DNA from: an uncultured Verrucomicrobiae bacterium
GTDB lineage: Bacteria > Verrucomicrobiota > Verrucomicrobiia > Chthoniobacterales > Terrimicrobiaceae
Reading direction: 5' to 3'
Length of the DNA: 64,000 bases
Assembly: GCA_963706955.1 (NCBI GenBank)
Contig: CAVPOC010000005.1
Span: forward strand, 64,001-128,000
The stretch's first letter is position 1, and the number at the start of each line of letters is the position of its first letter. This document shows, in pieces, positions 41,955-52,337 of this stretch. The translations under genes and the position numbers were made by a program. The notes below the pieces were generated by a model, which was given only the letters and a program-made list of their open reading frames with translations, did no database searches and was not told the origin of the DNA.

Positions 41955-42488
41955 TTAGGCGCGCTTTTCGGCGACAAGCAGGGCTAGCAATCCCTCAGGG
42001 TCGGCGCAGCTCAGGAGTAAAAACTTGCCGTCATCCATGAGGATGCAAAGAACACGATGAAAGTCGGAAAGAAAAACAATCGCTCGTCGGCCATTCTGCA
42101 GCATGAACTCCCCAGATTGATAGCCAGGCAGGCTGGTGCCAATGATCTTGCGGCGGGGCCTGAAGTCAGGCCACTGCGTCAGGTCCAAGACGACCGATGG
42201 GCCGAGATTCATTGCAGAAAGCGGAAATCGCCAGCAAAAGATGTCTCCGCGGACAAACAAACGACCATCGGCGATCTCAAAGCGCACGTGCTTAGAGCGA
42301 TCAAGCACTAGAAACGCGAACACCAGCAGACCGGCCGCGACTCCGGCAATCCAAAGTGCTTGGTTGGGCTGATGCGCGAGAACCCCGACAGCCAACTGGA
42401 TGACGACGCTCACTCCAGCGACCAGGAGCGCGCACAAATACCATTTCCGCGGCGTGGTCGCGCGCGCGATGGAAATCGATGCCAGCAT
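41955..42488 (-). CDS. Bacterial PH-domain membrane protein
   Basis: Two TM helices, then GTSLPGYQSGEFMLQNG...LLLSCADPE. Confidence 0.7.
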   Translation of the reverse strand: MLASISIARATTPRKWYLCALLVAGVSVVIQLAVGVLAHQPNQALWIAGVAAGLLVFAFLVLDRSKHVRFEIADGRLFVRGDIFCWRFPLSAMNLGPSVVLDLTQWPDFRPRRKIIGTSLPGYQSGEFMLQNGRRAIVFLSDFHRVLCILMDDGKFLLLSCADPEGLLALLVAEKRA

Positions 42489-42769
42489 CTCTATACCTCT
42501 AGCCCCGCTTTCAAATTAGTTCATCTCACCCCTCGAAGACAACTTCATCTCGGACCCAAAATCCTGAACAAAGAGGACACGAAGTTTGCTAAACCAAAAA
42601 AGTTACCGCGCTATTATCGGCTCAGCGATTTGCGTGCATCAGCTTCAGTGTCCGATCGCTGAGAGAGGCGCCAGCTGGAGAATCATGCTCTGAGTTCTCT
42701 GTGTCTTCTGTGGTTAATAACTAAGCGGCCGGGTGTTGCGGCCCTGAACATTTTGCGCGAAAAGCTTCC

Positions 42770-43753
42770 ATGCACGCGATGGTCCTCGAAACCCCTGGCC
42801 GGCCGCTGGCGGCTCGTTCGGTGCCAATCCGAGATCCTGATCCAGGGGAAGTGCTCGTGCGCGTCTCTGCGTGTGCCGTATGTCGAACCGATCTGCACGT
42901 TGTTGATGGCGAGCTGCCCGATCCAAAACTTCCCTTAATTCCCGGCCACGAAATCGTCGGTCGGATTGAGAGGCTTGGCCAGGCCAGTCAACGCTTCCGG
43001 GTTGGCGACCGCATCGGAATTCCGTGGTTGGGATGGACGTGTGGCAAATGCCAATATTGCCGATCGCATCGAGAAAATCTCTGTGAGCAGGCTCGCTTTA
43101 CAGGCTACACGATCGATGGAGGATACGCCGAATTCACCCTCGCCCATGCTGATTATTGCTATCGACTTCCCGACGCGTTCGACGATGTCTCCGCAGCTCC
43201 TCTCCTCTGTGCCGGGCTGATTGGCTATCGCTCTCTTCGGAAGGCCGGCGATGCGCATCGCCTGGGGATTTATGGGTTTGGCGCCGCTGCCCACATCGTT
43301 GCCCAGATCGCGCGCTTCCAGGGACGCGAGGTTTTTGCATTTACCCGACCCGGGGATGAGAGCGCCCAGACATTCGCCCGCCGTCTCGGCGCGGCCTGGG
43401 CTGGCGATTCCGATAAGCCGGCCCCAGCCAAGCTCGACGCTGCGATAATTTTTGCTCCCGCTGGCGCCTTGGTTCCAGCCGCCTTACGTGCCGTCGATAA
43501 AGGCGGCGTTGTCGTCTGCGGGGGCATTCATATGAGCGACATACCCAGCTTCCCCTACCGGGAACTTTGGCACGAAAAAACGGTCTGCTCAGTGGCAAAC
43601 CTCACGCGCTCGGATGCCGAGGAGTTCTTCAAAATAATAGACCATCTTCCTCTCCGCACCGAGACCCAAACTTTTCCGCTCGATCAAGCGAATGTGGCTC
43701 TTGCCCGCCTGCGCTCAGGTCAGCTCACCGGCGCAGCTGTCCTCGTGACATAG
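42770..43753 (+). CDS. Zinc-dependent alcohol dehydrogenase family protein
   Basis: CAVCRTDLH, PGHEIVG, CGKCQYC...ENLC, APLLCAG, GIYGFGAA. Confidence 0.93.
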   Translation: MHAMVLETPGRPLAARSVPIRDPDPGEVLVRVSACAVCRTDLHVVDGELPDPKLPLIPGHEIVGRIERLGQASQRFRVGDRIGIPWLGWTCGKCQYCRSHRENLCEQARFTGYTIDGGYAEFTLAHADYCYRLPDAFDDVSAAPLLCAGLIGYRSLRKAGDAHRLGIYGFGAAAHIVAQIARFQGREVFAFTRPGDESAQTFARRLGAAWAGDSDKPAPAKLDAAIIFAPAGALVPAALRAVDKGGVVVCGGIHMSDIPSFPYRELWHEKTVCSVANLTRSDAEEFFKIIDHLPLRTETQTFPLDQANVALARLRSGQLTGAAVLVT

Positions 43754-44026
43754 GTGTGCGGATGAGAATCGCCGGTCGGGCATCGGCGAGAAATTCGTAG
43801 CAGACGCCGATTGGCGGATCTTCAGCACCCCGCAAAATCGCCTCCGCACCTCCGAATTCCTCCGAATCTTAACAAACTTGTAAACCCGCTCGACTATTTG
43901 CGGCCGCGGACGCGCGAGGGCGTGGTGCTGCTCAACAACGCATTGCCAGCGCAGTAATTTGGGCCCGCGGTGCCCGCGATTTGGTCCTCGGCGAGCCCCA
44001 CATTCACGTGTAGTAAGAGTACTCGT

Positions 44027-46207
44027 TTGGAGAAACGGATCTTCCATACCAAACCAACACTCGGACAAATCTTATTGCTGAGCTTCCTCGGGCTCGCCGC
44101 GGCGCTGGGGCTCGTCTTTGCAATTGTCCTGAACGAAACACGTGCGTCGATTATGACCAGCTCGGAGCGCGTGCGGGAGCAGGCCAGTCGGGAGATCGGC
44201 GAACGTGTCGTCAGATTTCTTGCGACAGCGCCAGATACCGTCGCGGCTTTGCAGGAACAGATTAAGTTGAGGCTGATAGATGCGAATGATCCGACAGCCG
44301 TAGAGACCGCCTTGTTCACCTTGCTGCTGGCTAAAAAGCAGATCGGGGAGATCTCTTTCACCCGCGCTGACCAGACCGGATTTGATGAGAACGGAGCAGC
44401 CCAGTTAGCGGCGAGACCGCGCTGGCAAATTAGTGTGGTTCGCTCGGAAACCGCGAGCGGTGAAGAGCAATTCTGGAGCCGACATGTTTACCCGGAGAAC
44501 TCCGGTTTTGTCGCAGAGCGTCAGACTCTTGAACCCGCGAGCTCAGCGACAATGCCTCCATCGACAAAAATGACTGCGATGGACCCGACCAGCCACCTCA
44601 CGTTTGCCACTCCCGCGAGTAAGGAGTTTCAAGGCGAGCTCTTATGGAGCGATCTCCACTGGTCCGAGCTCGATACGGCGCAGCGAGACGAAGAGAGGAC
44701 CGTCGAAGTCAGTGTGCAACAGACCATATCCGAAGCTGCCGGAAAATTCGCCGGGGTGGCGCGCGTCGGCCTGCTTGCCGAACAACTCGATCGCGTCGTC
44801 CAGCTGCGCCTAACCTCAATGCGTGAGCACGATCCGCACCGCATCTTTCTTTGTGATCTCGAGGGTCGTTTAATCACGCGTGGGGTCAGCTCCGACACGG
44901 TGACGCTGTCGGGCGATGATTTGCGTCTGACTCCGCCTGACCTCCCCTCTGAGATCGCTCACGCCCTCGCCGATTCGAAGTTGAACGCCATCGACGGCCA
45001 TAACCGGGTGATCTCAGGGCATTTTCGACAAGACGGGCGTGAATTCCTGACAACGTTTCGAGCGTTACCGGGAACACAGGACTGGCTCGTTGGAATCGTC
45101 GTCCCGCGCGAGTTCTATCTTGGAAAGCTGATCACAATCCGTAACCACATGCTGATCGCGCTTTCGGTTGTCATGCTGCTACTCTCGGCAGGTGCTATCG
45201 CCATTTTGCGAAGCATCAAGTACGCTCAGGAGCAGATCACTCGAGAAAGCCTGAAGATGAATGCCTTCGACTTTTCGCCCACTCAAACAACTTCCGCATT
45301 TCGGGACGTCAACGAGGTGCTGGAAAGTCTGGAGAAGGCGAAGACGGCGATGCGAGCGATGGGCAAGTACGCACCCGTCGATCTTGTGCGGAAGCTCTAC
45401 GGCGACAAGAAGGAACCTACCCTCGGCGGAGAACTCCTCGAGATTTCGATCATGTTTAGCGATATCAAAGGATTCACCTCGGTCTCCGAAACTCTTACCC
45501 CCAATCAATTGGCGCACGTGCTTGGTCTCTACCTCGAGGAGCTCTCGCGGATTATCCAAAGAGAGACGAACGGGACCATCGACAAGTACATCGGCGACGC
45601 GATCATGACGATCTGGAACGCGCCCGAGCCGGTGCCAGAGCATCCCAAAATGGCATGCCTGGCCGCGTTGCGCTGTTGCGATGCGGCCGCGGCGCTAGGT
45701 CGCACCCCAGACTGGCGGCATCTTTCCCCCTTTCAGACGCGTTTCGGTCTCCATTGCTCCACCGCGCTGGTCGGCCATTTCGGCGCCCGCGATAGGATGA
45801 ACTACACCGCCATCGGTGACGCCGTCAATCTCGCCTCCCGACTCGAGACATTGAATAAACAATATGGTACCTCGATCATTGCGAGTGAATCGATTTTTGA
45901 ACGTGCGCGGCAGAATTTTGATTTCCGCCTTTTGGATATCGTCGCAGTAAAAGGCAAGAGCAAGGCCATCAAAGTCTACGAACTGCTCGGTGCCAGCCAC
46001 ACGGCCGCGGACAAGAGGGAACTCGTCAAAACCTACGAAACTGCGTTCGCGGCCTACCTGGCACGAGATTTCGCGGGGGCAATGAAGATCCTCTCCCGGA
46101 ATGAAAGTGATGCGCCGAGCATTGTGCTTAGACAACGTTGTGAGACTTTCTTGCACACGCCGCCGCCAGCGGATTGGCAGGGCGTTCACATCTCGCTGGC
46201 GAAGTAG
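44027..46207 (+). CDS. Membrane-bound class III adenylate cyclase with extracytoplasmic sensor (Cache-like) domain
   Basis: Two TM segments, IMFSDIKGFT, IDKYIGDAIM, YTAIGDAVNLASRLE, VKGK. Start uncertain (43970 GTG or 44027 TTG). Confidence 0.88.
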   Translation: MEKRIFHTKPTLGQILLLSFLGLAAALGLVFAIVLNETRASIMTSSERVREQASREIGERVVRFLATAPDTVAALQEQIKLRLIDANDPTAVETALFTLLLAKKQIGEISFTRADQTGFDENGAAQLAARPRWQISVVRSETASGEEQFWSRHVYPENSGFVAERQTLEPASSATMPPSTKMTAMDPTSHLTFATPASKEFQGELLWSDLHWSELDTAQRDEERTVEVSVQQTISEAAGKFAGVARVGLLAEQLDRVVQLRLTSMREHDPHRIFLCDLEGRLITRGVSSDTVTLSGDDLRLTPPDLPSEIAHALADSKLNAIDGHNRVISGHFRQDGREFLTTFRALPGTQDWLVGIVVPREFYLGKLITIRNHMLIALSVVMLLLSAGAIAILRSIKYAQEQITRESLKMNAFDFSPTQTTSAFRDVNEVLESLEKAKTAMRAMGKYAPVDLVRKLYGDKKEPTLGGELLEISIMFSDIKGFTSVSETLTPNQLAHVLGLYLEELSRIIQRETNGTIDKYIGDAIMTIWNAPEPVPEHPKMACLAALRCCDAAAALGRTPDWRHLSPFQTRFGLHCSTALVGHFGARDRMNYTAIGDAVNLASRLETLNKQYGTSIIASESIFERARQNFDFRLLDIVAVKGKSKAIKVYELLGASHTAADKRELVKTYETAFAAYLARDFAGAMKILSRNESDAPSIVLRQRCETFLHTPPPADWQGVHISLAK

Positions 46208-46281
46208 CCTTCCCGCAGGCGCTGGGTGGCGTCTTTAGCTGTTTAGTGTAAGGTATTCTCGGCCACCCCCGACACACTGGC

Positions 46282-47958
46282 GTGACAAAGAAGCGCATCC
46301 TTATTCTTGGCGGCGGATTCGGCGGCGTTTACGTCGCAGTGCATCTCGGACGGATCCTCTCCCGAGAAGAGCTTGAACGAACCGAGATCGCCCTGGTCAA
46401 TCGAGAAAACTATATCGTCTTCCAGCCGCTGCTTCCGGAAGTAATCTCGGGCTCCGTCGAGCTCAACCATGTCATTTCTCCGATTCGACGCATGGCGCCG
46501 CGGACGCGCCTTTACACCCGTGACATCGAGTCGATAGATCCCGTCGCACGAACCGTCACTCTCACCCCGGGCATCCGGCCGACGACCCTGATTCTCGATT
46601 ACGATCAGTTGGTCATCGCCATGGGAACCCGGCTAGATCACTCGAAGATTCCCGGAATGCGCGAACATGCCAGTCCATTCAAGTATCTTGGAGACGCACT
46701 TTACCTGCGCAATCAGCTGGTGCGGATGTTGGAGGAAGCGGAGGCCGAGAGCGATCCGGAACGCCGCAAAGGGCTTCTTACGTTCGTCGTGGCCGGCGGC
46801 GGATTTTCTGGGGTCGAGTGCATAGCGGAAATGAACGACTTTTTGCGCCAAGCTGTCCGCGCCTACCACAACATCACAGAGGCCGATTTGCGGCTGATTT
46901 TGCTGCAGCGCGGCGAACGGATTCTTCCCGAGGTAACGGCTTCTCTGGCCGCTTTCGCCCATCGTCTGCTGGTCGGCCGGGGCGTGGAAATCCGGCTCGG
47001 TGCTAGTCTGCGGGCCGTTACCGCGAATGCCGTAGTCGTGGAAGACCGGACGCAACGGATGGAAACCATCTCCACGCGCACAGCTGTCGCCACGGTGCCG
47101 GCAGGACCTCATCCAATCCTCACTCAACTGCCCATCCCGCAGGATAAAGGCCGAATCGTCGTCGATCAAACGACCGAGGTCCCTGGCTGGCCCGGGATGT
47201 GGGCGATCGGGGATTGTGCCGCGATTAAGCAGGTCGATGGAAACATCTCACCTCCAACCGCGCAACACGCCCTCCGCCAGGCCAAGACCTGCGCCCAAAA
47301 TATTGCGGCGGTGATGCGCGGCACGAAGAAAACTAACTTCGCCTTCACAGGACTTGGAAAACTTGGCTCGCTCGGAAGGCGCTCTGCCGTGGCGGAAATT
47401 CTTGGCCTCCATTTTAAGGGGCTCTTCGCCTGGCTGCTTTGGCGCGGCGTCTACGTGACGAAATTTCCGGGTTTAGACGGTCAGCTGCGCCTGATCGCCG
47501 ACTGGATCTTGGACGTTTTTCTTCCACGAGACATCACGCAGCTTCGGTTATTTAATGATGAGGCCGTCCATCGGGAGCACTTTGAGACCGGAGAGCGCGT
47601 CTTCTCGAGCGGCGATTTTGGCGATAAAGTTTATTTCATGGTTAAGGGAGAAGCGGTCGTCGAGCGCGAAGGTCTTCACGTGGCGACCCTCGGCTGCGGC
47701 GACGTTTTCGGCGAAGCAGCTCTCATCTCCAATCAGCCGCGAAATGCAACAATTCGTGCCATCACGCCTATCGATACGGTCGTCGTTTCGCGACAAGCTT
47801 TCCAACAATTATTGATGCATCTACCGGGACTCAATGAGACGATGCAGCAGTTGATGTCTGGCCGGCTTAAACAGGGACAAGATCTGGCCGGCCTGATGGC
47901 AGAGGTAGGTTCGCAAGGCGACCGAGGAGCCAACCCCGCCAATTCCGCTCAGGGTTGA
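46282..47958 (+). CDS. Type II NADH dehydrogenase-like flavoprotein with C-terminal cyclic-nucleotide-binding domain
   Basis: GGGFGG, AGGGFSGVE, WAIGDCA, PPTAQHALRQ; C-term GDFGDKVYFMVKG...FGEAALISNQPRNATIRA. Confidence 0.88.
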   Translation: MTKKRILILGGGFGGVYVAVHLGRILSREELERTEIALVNRENYIVFQPLLPEVISGSVELNHVISPIRRMAPRTRLYTRDIESIDPVARTVTLTPGIRPTTLILDYDQLVIAMGTRLDHSKIPGMREHASPFKYLGDALYLRNQLVRMLEEAEAESDPERRKGLLTFVVAGGGFSGVECIAEMNDFLRQAVRAYHNITEADLRLILLQRGERILPEVTASLAAFAHRLLVGRGVEIRLGASLRAVTANAVVVEDRTQRMETISTRTAVATVPAGPHPILTQLPIPQDKGRIVVDQTTEVPGWPGMWAIGDCAAIKQVDGNISPPTAQHALRQAKTCAQNIAAVMRGTKKTNFAFTGLGKLGSLGRRSAVAEILGLHFKGLFAWLLWRGVYVTKFPGLDGQLRLIADWILDVFLPRDITQLRLFNDEAVHREHFETGERVFSSGDFGDKVYFMVKGEAVVEREGLHVATLGCGDVFGEAALISNQPRNATIRAITPIDTVVVSRQAFQQLLMHLPGLNETMQQLMSGRLKQGQDLAGLMAEVGSQGDRGANPANSAQG

Positions 47959-48008
47959 TTCACTCTTGGGTTGTCAGCCGCGAGGCGTTGCCGCAGAGAT
48001 CCGACGAC

Positions 48009-49043
48009 TCAGCCGTCGATTCTTGATGTTTCCGGGTTCGGCTTGTTCCAGATGCGCTGCCAAATCTTTCCGAGACGCGAGCGGTCCTCGAACGCCCAGT
48101 GGAGACGTTTGACCGGTATAGGTCGCCAGTTGCCTTTCTCGTCGATTTCCGCGACGACGTACCGGAAGACGTAATCCGGTTCAGATCCCATTCGCAGGTC
48201 GGAAAGCACCAACCGGCCATCGTGCTGCTCTGCCTTTAAAAATCCATGAGTAAACCAGGTAAGTCGCTGGACCGAAGGAAGCGCGGAGACCTTCTGCAAG
48301 GTGACGTGATCACTTGCATACGAGCGAAAACTCATCGGCGTGCTGTCAGCGACGAGGGAGCGTTCACCTTCGAGGAAACCATTTGGTGTTAGCACTACGA
48401 CACGCCAAAGCAGTGTGGTAAACGGCATAGGCACTGAGAAATGAGCTGAGCCCTGTAGACCCTTGCTGGTCAGGGCCGTTCTCATGTCCCGTTCGACGAT
48501 CGCCTTTGCCGTCAGAGACCACCCGAGGTAAATCAAACCGAGCGCGATGCCCGCGGCCAAGCACCAAGTCGCGGAGCGACGCGCTCGTAACCACCAGGCG
48601 GCCAGACAAGCCGCGAGCAGCGGAACGGTGTAAATCGGGTCGATGATAAATATGCTCGCCACCATTGTCGGTCGGGCCGGCAGCGGCCAGATGAGCTGCG
48701 TGCCGTAGACAGTGAAGGCGTCGAGAAGTGGATGAGTCAGCAGGGCCAGTTCGATTGCCCAAAACCAGCGTCCTGGCGCTTCCCGGACGGGTCCCCACGT
48801 TCGCCGCAGCACTAACCAGAGAAGCCACCCGGTCACCGCCAATACCAGCAAGGAATGCGACGGACCTCGATGCCAGGTAACGAAAGCAACTGCATCAGCC
48901 CGAGAAAGGAGCAGCGGAATAATGTCAAGATCGGGTAGCGTGCCAAGGACCGCGCCTGCCGCCAATGCCGCACGACGATGCTGCCTCGGGGCGATCACCG
49001 CCGCCGTCGCGCCTCCCAAGGCAATTTGCGTCAACGAATCCAT
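48009..49043 (-). CDS. Metal-dependent membrane hydrolase (YdjM-like)
   Basis: MDSLTQIALG, LPDLD, HRGPSHS, THPLLDAFTVYGTQL, IFIIDP, DLRMG. Confidence 0.88.
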   Translation of the reverse strand: MDSLTQIALGGATAAVIAPRQHRRAALAAGAVLGTLPDLDIIPLLLSRADAVAFVTWHRGPSHSLLVLAVTGWLLWLVLRRTWGPVREAPGRWFWAIELALLTHPLLDAFTVYGTQLIWPLPARPTMVASIFIIDPIYTVPLLAACLAAWWLRARRSATWCLAAGIALGLIYLGWSLTAKAIVERDMRTALTSKGLQGSAHFSVPMPFTTLLWRVVVLTPNGFLEGERSLVADSTPMSFRSYASDHVTLQKVSALPSVQRLTWFTHGFLKAEQHDGRLVLSDLRMGSEPDYVFRYVVAEIDEKGNWRPIPVKRLHWAFEDRSRLGKIWQRIWNKPNPETSRIDG

Positions 49044-49123
49044 TCAGCAGCCCTCCTCAAAAACGTGCTTGCCTCGCTCGCTGGACATTGACACACCAAC
49101 CGCGAGGAACGAACCCGTCGTAT

Positions 49124-50062
49124 TCACACCGACTCCGCGGCAATTCGCTCTCTCAGGTCACCGTTTGGAAGAGGTTCCGATCCCGCTCTCATATTGTCGC
49201 GCAAATGAGACACTTTTGATGTCGCCGGGATCGCGCAAGTAACCGCGGGGTTTGAGATAACGAATTTGAGGAGCAACTGTGCCCATGTCGTGCAGTTGAT
49301 CTCTGCGGCCCATTCAGGAAGCGGCTTATTTCGCACCCGCCGGAAGAGGTCTCCTCCCGCAAAAGGCCGGTTCGCAAGCACGGCGACACCTCGTTCCCTG
49401 GCCAGCGGTAAAAGACTGCGCTCCGCCTCGCGCTCGCCTACGGAATAGTTGATCTGGATAAAATCAAGCGGTTCGGACGCGACGAGACGGGCCACCGCAT
49501 CGTGACCCCCGGCGGTGTAGTGCGTAATTCCCAGATATCGAATTCGACCCTGCTGTTTCCATTCTCGCAAGGTTTCTAGCTGCGTCGCCACATCCACCAA
49601 ATTATGCACCTGCATCAAATCGATGCGACTGGCGCGCAATTTCTGGAACGACTCTTCCATCTGCCGGATCCCCGCCTGCTTTCCCGTCGTCCAAACTTTT
49701 GTCGCGAGAAAGAGTCGGTTCCGAAGGTTGAGAGCCGCGGATATTTCGCCCACGACGGCTTCGGATCTGCCATACATCGGAGAGCTGTCGACAAGTCGGC
49801 CGCCCAGGTCGACGAAATTCTCAAGAACCTCTTGGAGAGTTCTCTGCTCGGCAGACCCGCTTTCGATGTCAAAGGTTTGCCAGGTTCCTAAGCCAATCAC
49901 CGGGAGCACCTCGCGAGAGGATGGAATTTCTCGACTGATCATCGGGGGCGCGGAACTACGGTCCGCTGACCATGCCTGGCCAAATCGGGCGCTCGCGAGG
50001 GCAGCGCTGCCGGCGAGGACCATGCGCACGGCTTGGCGCCGGCTTATGTGCGTCTTGCTCAT
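49124..50062 (-). CDS. Aldo/keto reductase with Tat-like signal peptide
   Basis: SRRQAVRM, IGLGTW, DSSPMYG, LATKV, DLMQVHN, IPATSK. Confidence 0.9.
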   Translation of the reverse strand: MSKTHISRRQAVRMVLAGSAALASARFGQAWSADRSSAPPMISREIPSSREVLPVIGLGTWQTFDIESGSAEQRTLQEVLENFVDLGGRLVDSSPMYGRSEAVVGEISAALNLRNRLFLATKVWTTGKQAGIRQMEESFQKLRASRIDLMQVHNLVDVATQLETLREWKQQGRIRYLGITHYTAGGHDAVARLVASEPLDFIQINYSVGEREAERSLLPLARERGVAVLANRPFAGGDLFRRVRNKPLPEWAAEINCTTWAQLLLKFVISNPAVTCAIPATSKVSHLRDNMRAGSEPLPNGDLRERIAAESV

Positions 50063-51501
50063 TTTGTCTCGTTAGGACACGGCGATCCCGCAGGAACAGC
50101 ATCGCCGGTCTTCTGACATTTCTCAAATTCCTCAAGTCTTGTATGGAGAATTGCGCAACTGTAGGCGGGCAGCATCGCCTTATCGAACGCCGGCGGAGCA
50201 CTCACCGAGTAAAAGCGCATATAAAGATCCTGCACAGAGGTATTCGTCTGCAAGTCGCGGGCAATTGAACGTACGGCAGAGATGTCCAGCCTCTCTTGGC
50301 AATATGTCGAACCAAAGTCATACTCGAGTAACCATTGCAGGTCCTCGAGTTCTGTCGGTCTTTCCGCGGTAGCGAGATTCGCCAGATAGTAGGTCTGATA
50401 GCTGGTGATTGCACCGGTGCTTCCGTTGAATCGATAGACCTGAAAAGCAGGATTGTTCCTGAAGATCGGACTGATTGACGGCACCAGCTTGTTTACGACA
50501 AGTGGCGTCTCTCCCATTCCAACGATGCGGAAATCATCCATGTGTGTATGTCCGGCGAAGACCACTTGGAGGGTCTTCCTGTGCTGCAAGATGAGATCGA
50601 GAAAATGTCGAGTATAGACCGGCTTCCAGAATTCAACCGGGAGAGAGCCAGCTTCCTCGTTCTTGACCGTATTGTAGTCATTTATCCCGACCGGAATGTG
50701 CATCAGCAACCAAACCCGTTCGCCCGCGTTACTGGCTTCAGCGAGCGCCTCCGCCAGCCAGGACATCTCCTCGCCACCAGGATCTTGCGCTTCCGATCCG
50801 CAGGAATTCTCATACAGATTGGAAAAGAATACGCTGTTCACAACAACGATGCGGTGCCTGAAAAGCGTCGGGATTCGCACGCTATAGTGCCCACCATGCG
50901 CGAAACTTGCGCGCAGCGACTCCGCCTTCACATCCGGACCGAACCAACCGAACCACGCTTCGGCAAACATCTTCAGAAATTTTCCCGCGGGCTCGATCTG
51001 GTAGTCGCCGCAAAAGGCGTCTTCGTTGCCGAGAGCAGGCAAAACGGGAACGTTGGGAAAATGCTTTCGAAACTCCAGGGCAAGGAACTGAATACTTTTA
51101 CGCGTGAACTCGCGATACGCCTCTTCGCCGTCGCGGCTGGAACGCTTCGAAGCCTTTTCGTAGCGTGCTCGCCAATTATGCGCCAGGCTATCGCCCGGAT
51201 ACAAAATAAACTCCGGACGTGGACATGTCTGCGCCGCTGCCGTTAAGCAGCTCTCGAGAAGCACATAGTTGCTATCGCTTCCGAGTTGGCTTACGCCACG
51301 CTCGGATGATGACGTGAGCAGCCGGCCCCACTCTGAAACCGGCTCTCTGGCTAAAGATTCGAATAAGCTCGGTTCGGCAAAAGGATCAAAGTGGATATCC
51401 GAAATGAGCAGACACTCGCGCAAACCTTCCTCCGGCGCGGCAGGAACCAACGACACGTGGAACAACAGCAAGCTAATGAAAAGCAAATACCGCCAAAGCA
51501 C
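50059..51501 (-). CDS. Secreted metallophosphoesterase (acid sphingomyelinase-like)
   Basis: Signal peptide, ISDIHFDP, GDSLAH, LGNED, LMHIP, FAGHTHMD, PSISP...NNPAF. Confidence 0.82.
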   Translation of the reverse strand: MLWRYLLFISLLLFHVSLVPAAPEEGLRECLLISDIHFDPFAEPSLFESLAREPVSEWGRLLTSSSERGVSQLGSDSNYVLLESCLTAAAQTCPRPEFILYPGDSLAHNWRARYEKASKRSSRDGEEAYREFTRKSIQFLALEFRKHFPNVPVLPALGNEDAFCGDYQIEPAGKFLKMFAEAWFGWFGPDVKAESLRASFAHGGHYSVRIPTLFRHRIVVVNSVFFSNLYENSCGSEAQDPGGEEMSWLAEALAEASNAGERVWLLMHIPVGINDYNTVKNEEAGSLPVEFWKPVYTRHFLDLILQHRKTLQVVFAGHTHMDDFRIVGMGETPLVVNKLVPSISPIFRNNPAFQVYRFNGSTGAITSYQTYYLANLATAERPTELEDLQWLLEYDFGSTYCQERLDISAVRSIARDLQTNTSVQDLYMRFYSVSAPPAFDKAMLPAYSCAILHTRLEEFEKCQKTGDAVPAGSPCPNETK

Positions 51502-51860
51502 GAGCGCCCTTAAACCATCCAGCTGCCAGAGGAAAGCCGGATCACCTCAGGACAGCGATTCCATCGCCCTGGTGGAACTTTCCAGATCGCAGCGACAACC
51601 CCCTAGTTTGGCGTAGAACAGATATTTACCTCCGTCTAATGAGAAAAATTCTTACCCTCGCCAACGGGGCCCTCTAGCTTCTGGAGAGGCTGGATGTCAC
51701 TGCTCGGGACGTTTTACAATCTCGGTGACGCTTTGATTTCCGGACGATGACTCGCAGGTAATCGCCTCGCTGACGACGCCGGGTAAAGGAGATCGCGCCA
51801 CCGCGTTCCGCTGAATCAAACAAGCTGGACCCCTGCCCATCAGTGGGCCAGATTGCAAGC

Positions 51861-52337
51861 ATGGCCGCAACCTGCTTCGATACCTCTTTGGGTCATTGCG
51901 CGATTGCGTGGGAACCAAGCGTGATCACTGGCTTCTCATTGCCGCCAAACCGTTGCCGAGTTCAGCCGCCGCCGCCGTGGGTGACCGGGATCATCGCCCG
52001 CGTGCAACGCCATCTCACCGGAGAGATGCAGGACTTTGCCGACCTGCCATACTGCTGGGCCGCGGTTTCGGAATTCCAGCAACAGGTGTATCGAGCAGCA
52101 TTATCGGTGAAACCGGGACAGACGGCGAGCTACGGTCAGCTTGCCGCCGCGTCCGGCCATCCTTCCATGTCAAGGCAAGTCGGCCGCGCCTTGGGGCAAA
52201 ATCCCTGGCCACTCCTCATCCCATGTCATCGTTTCATTGGCGCTGATGGGCGGATGACAGGATTTTCCTCACCTGGCGGAATCAAGACGAAGTTGCGTCT
52301 CCTGACGCTCGAGGGCGCGCAATTGTTTGCGGAATGA
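51861..52337 (+). CDS. ogt: Methylated-DNA--protein-cysteine methyltransferase
   Basis: SEFQQQVY, SYGQLA, RQVGRALGQNP, IPCHR. Confidence 0.92.
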   Translation: MAATCFDTSLGHCAIAWEPSVITGFSLPPNRCRVQPPPPWVTGIIARVQRHLTGEMQDFADLPYCWAAVSEFQQQVYRAALSVKPGQTASYGQLAAASGHPSMSRQVGRALGQNPWPLLIPCHRFIGADGRMTGFSSPGGIKTKLRLLTLEGAQLFAE

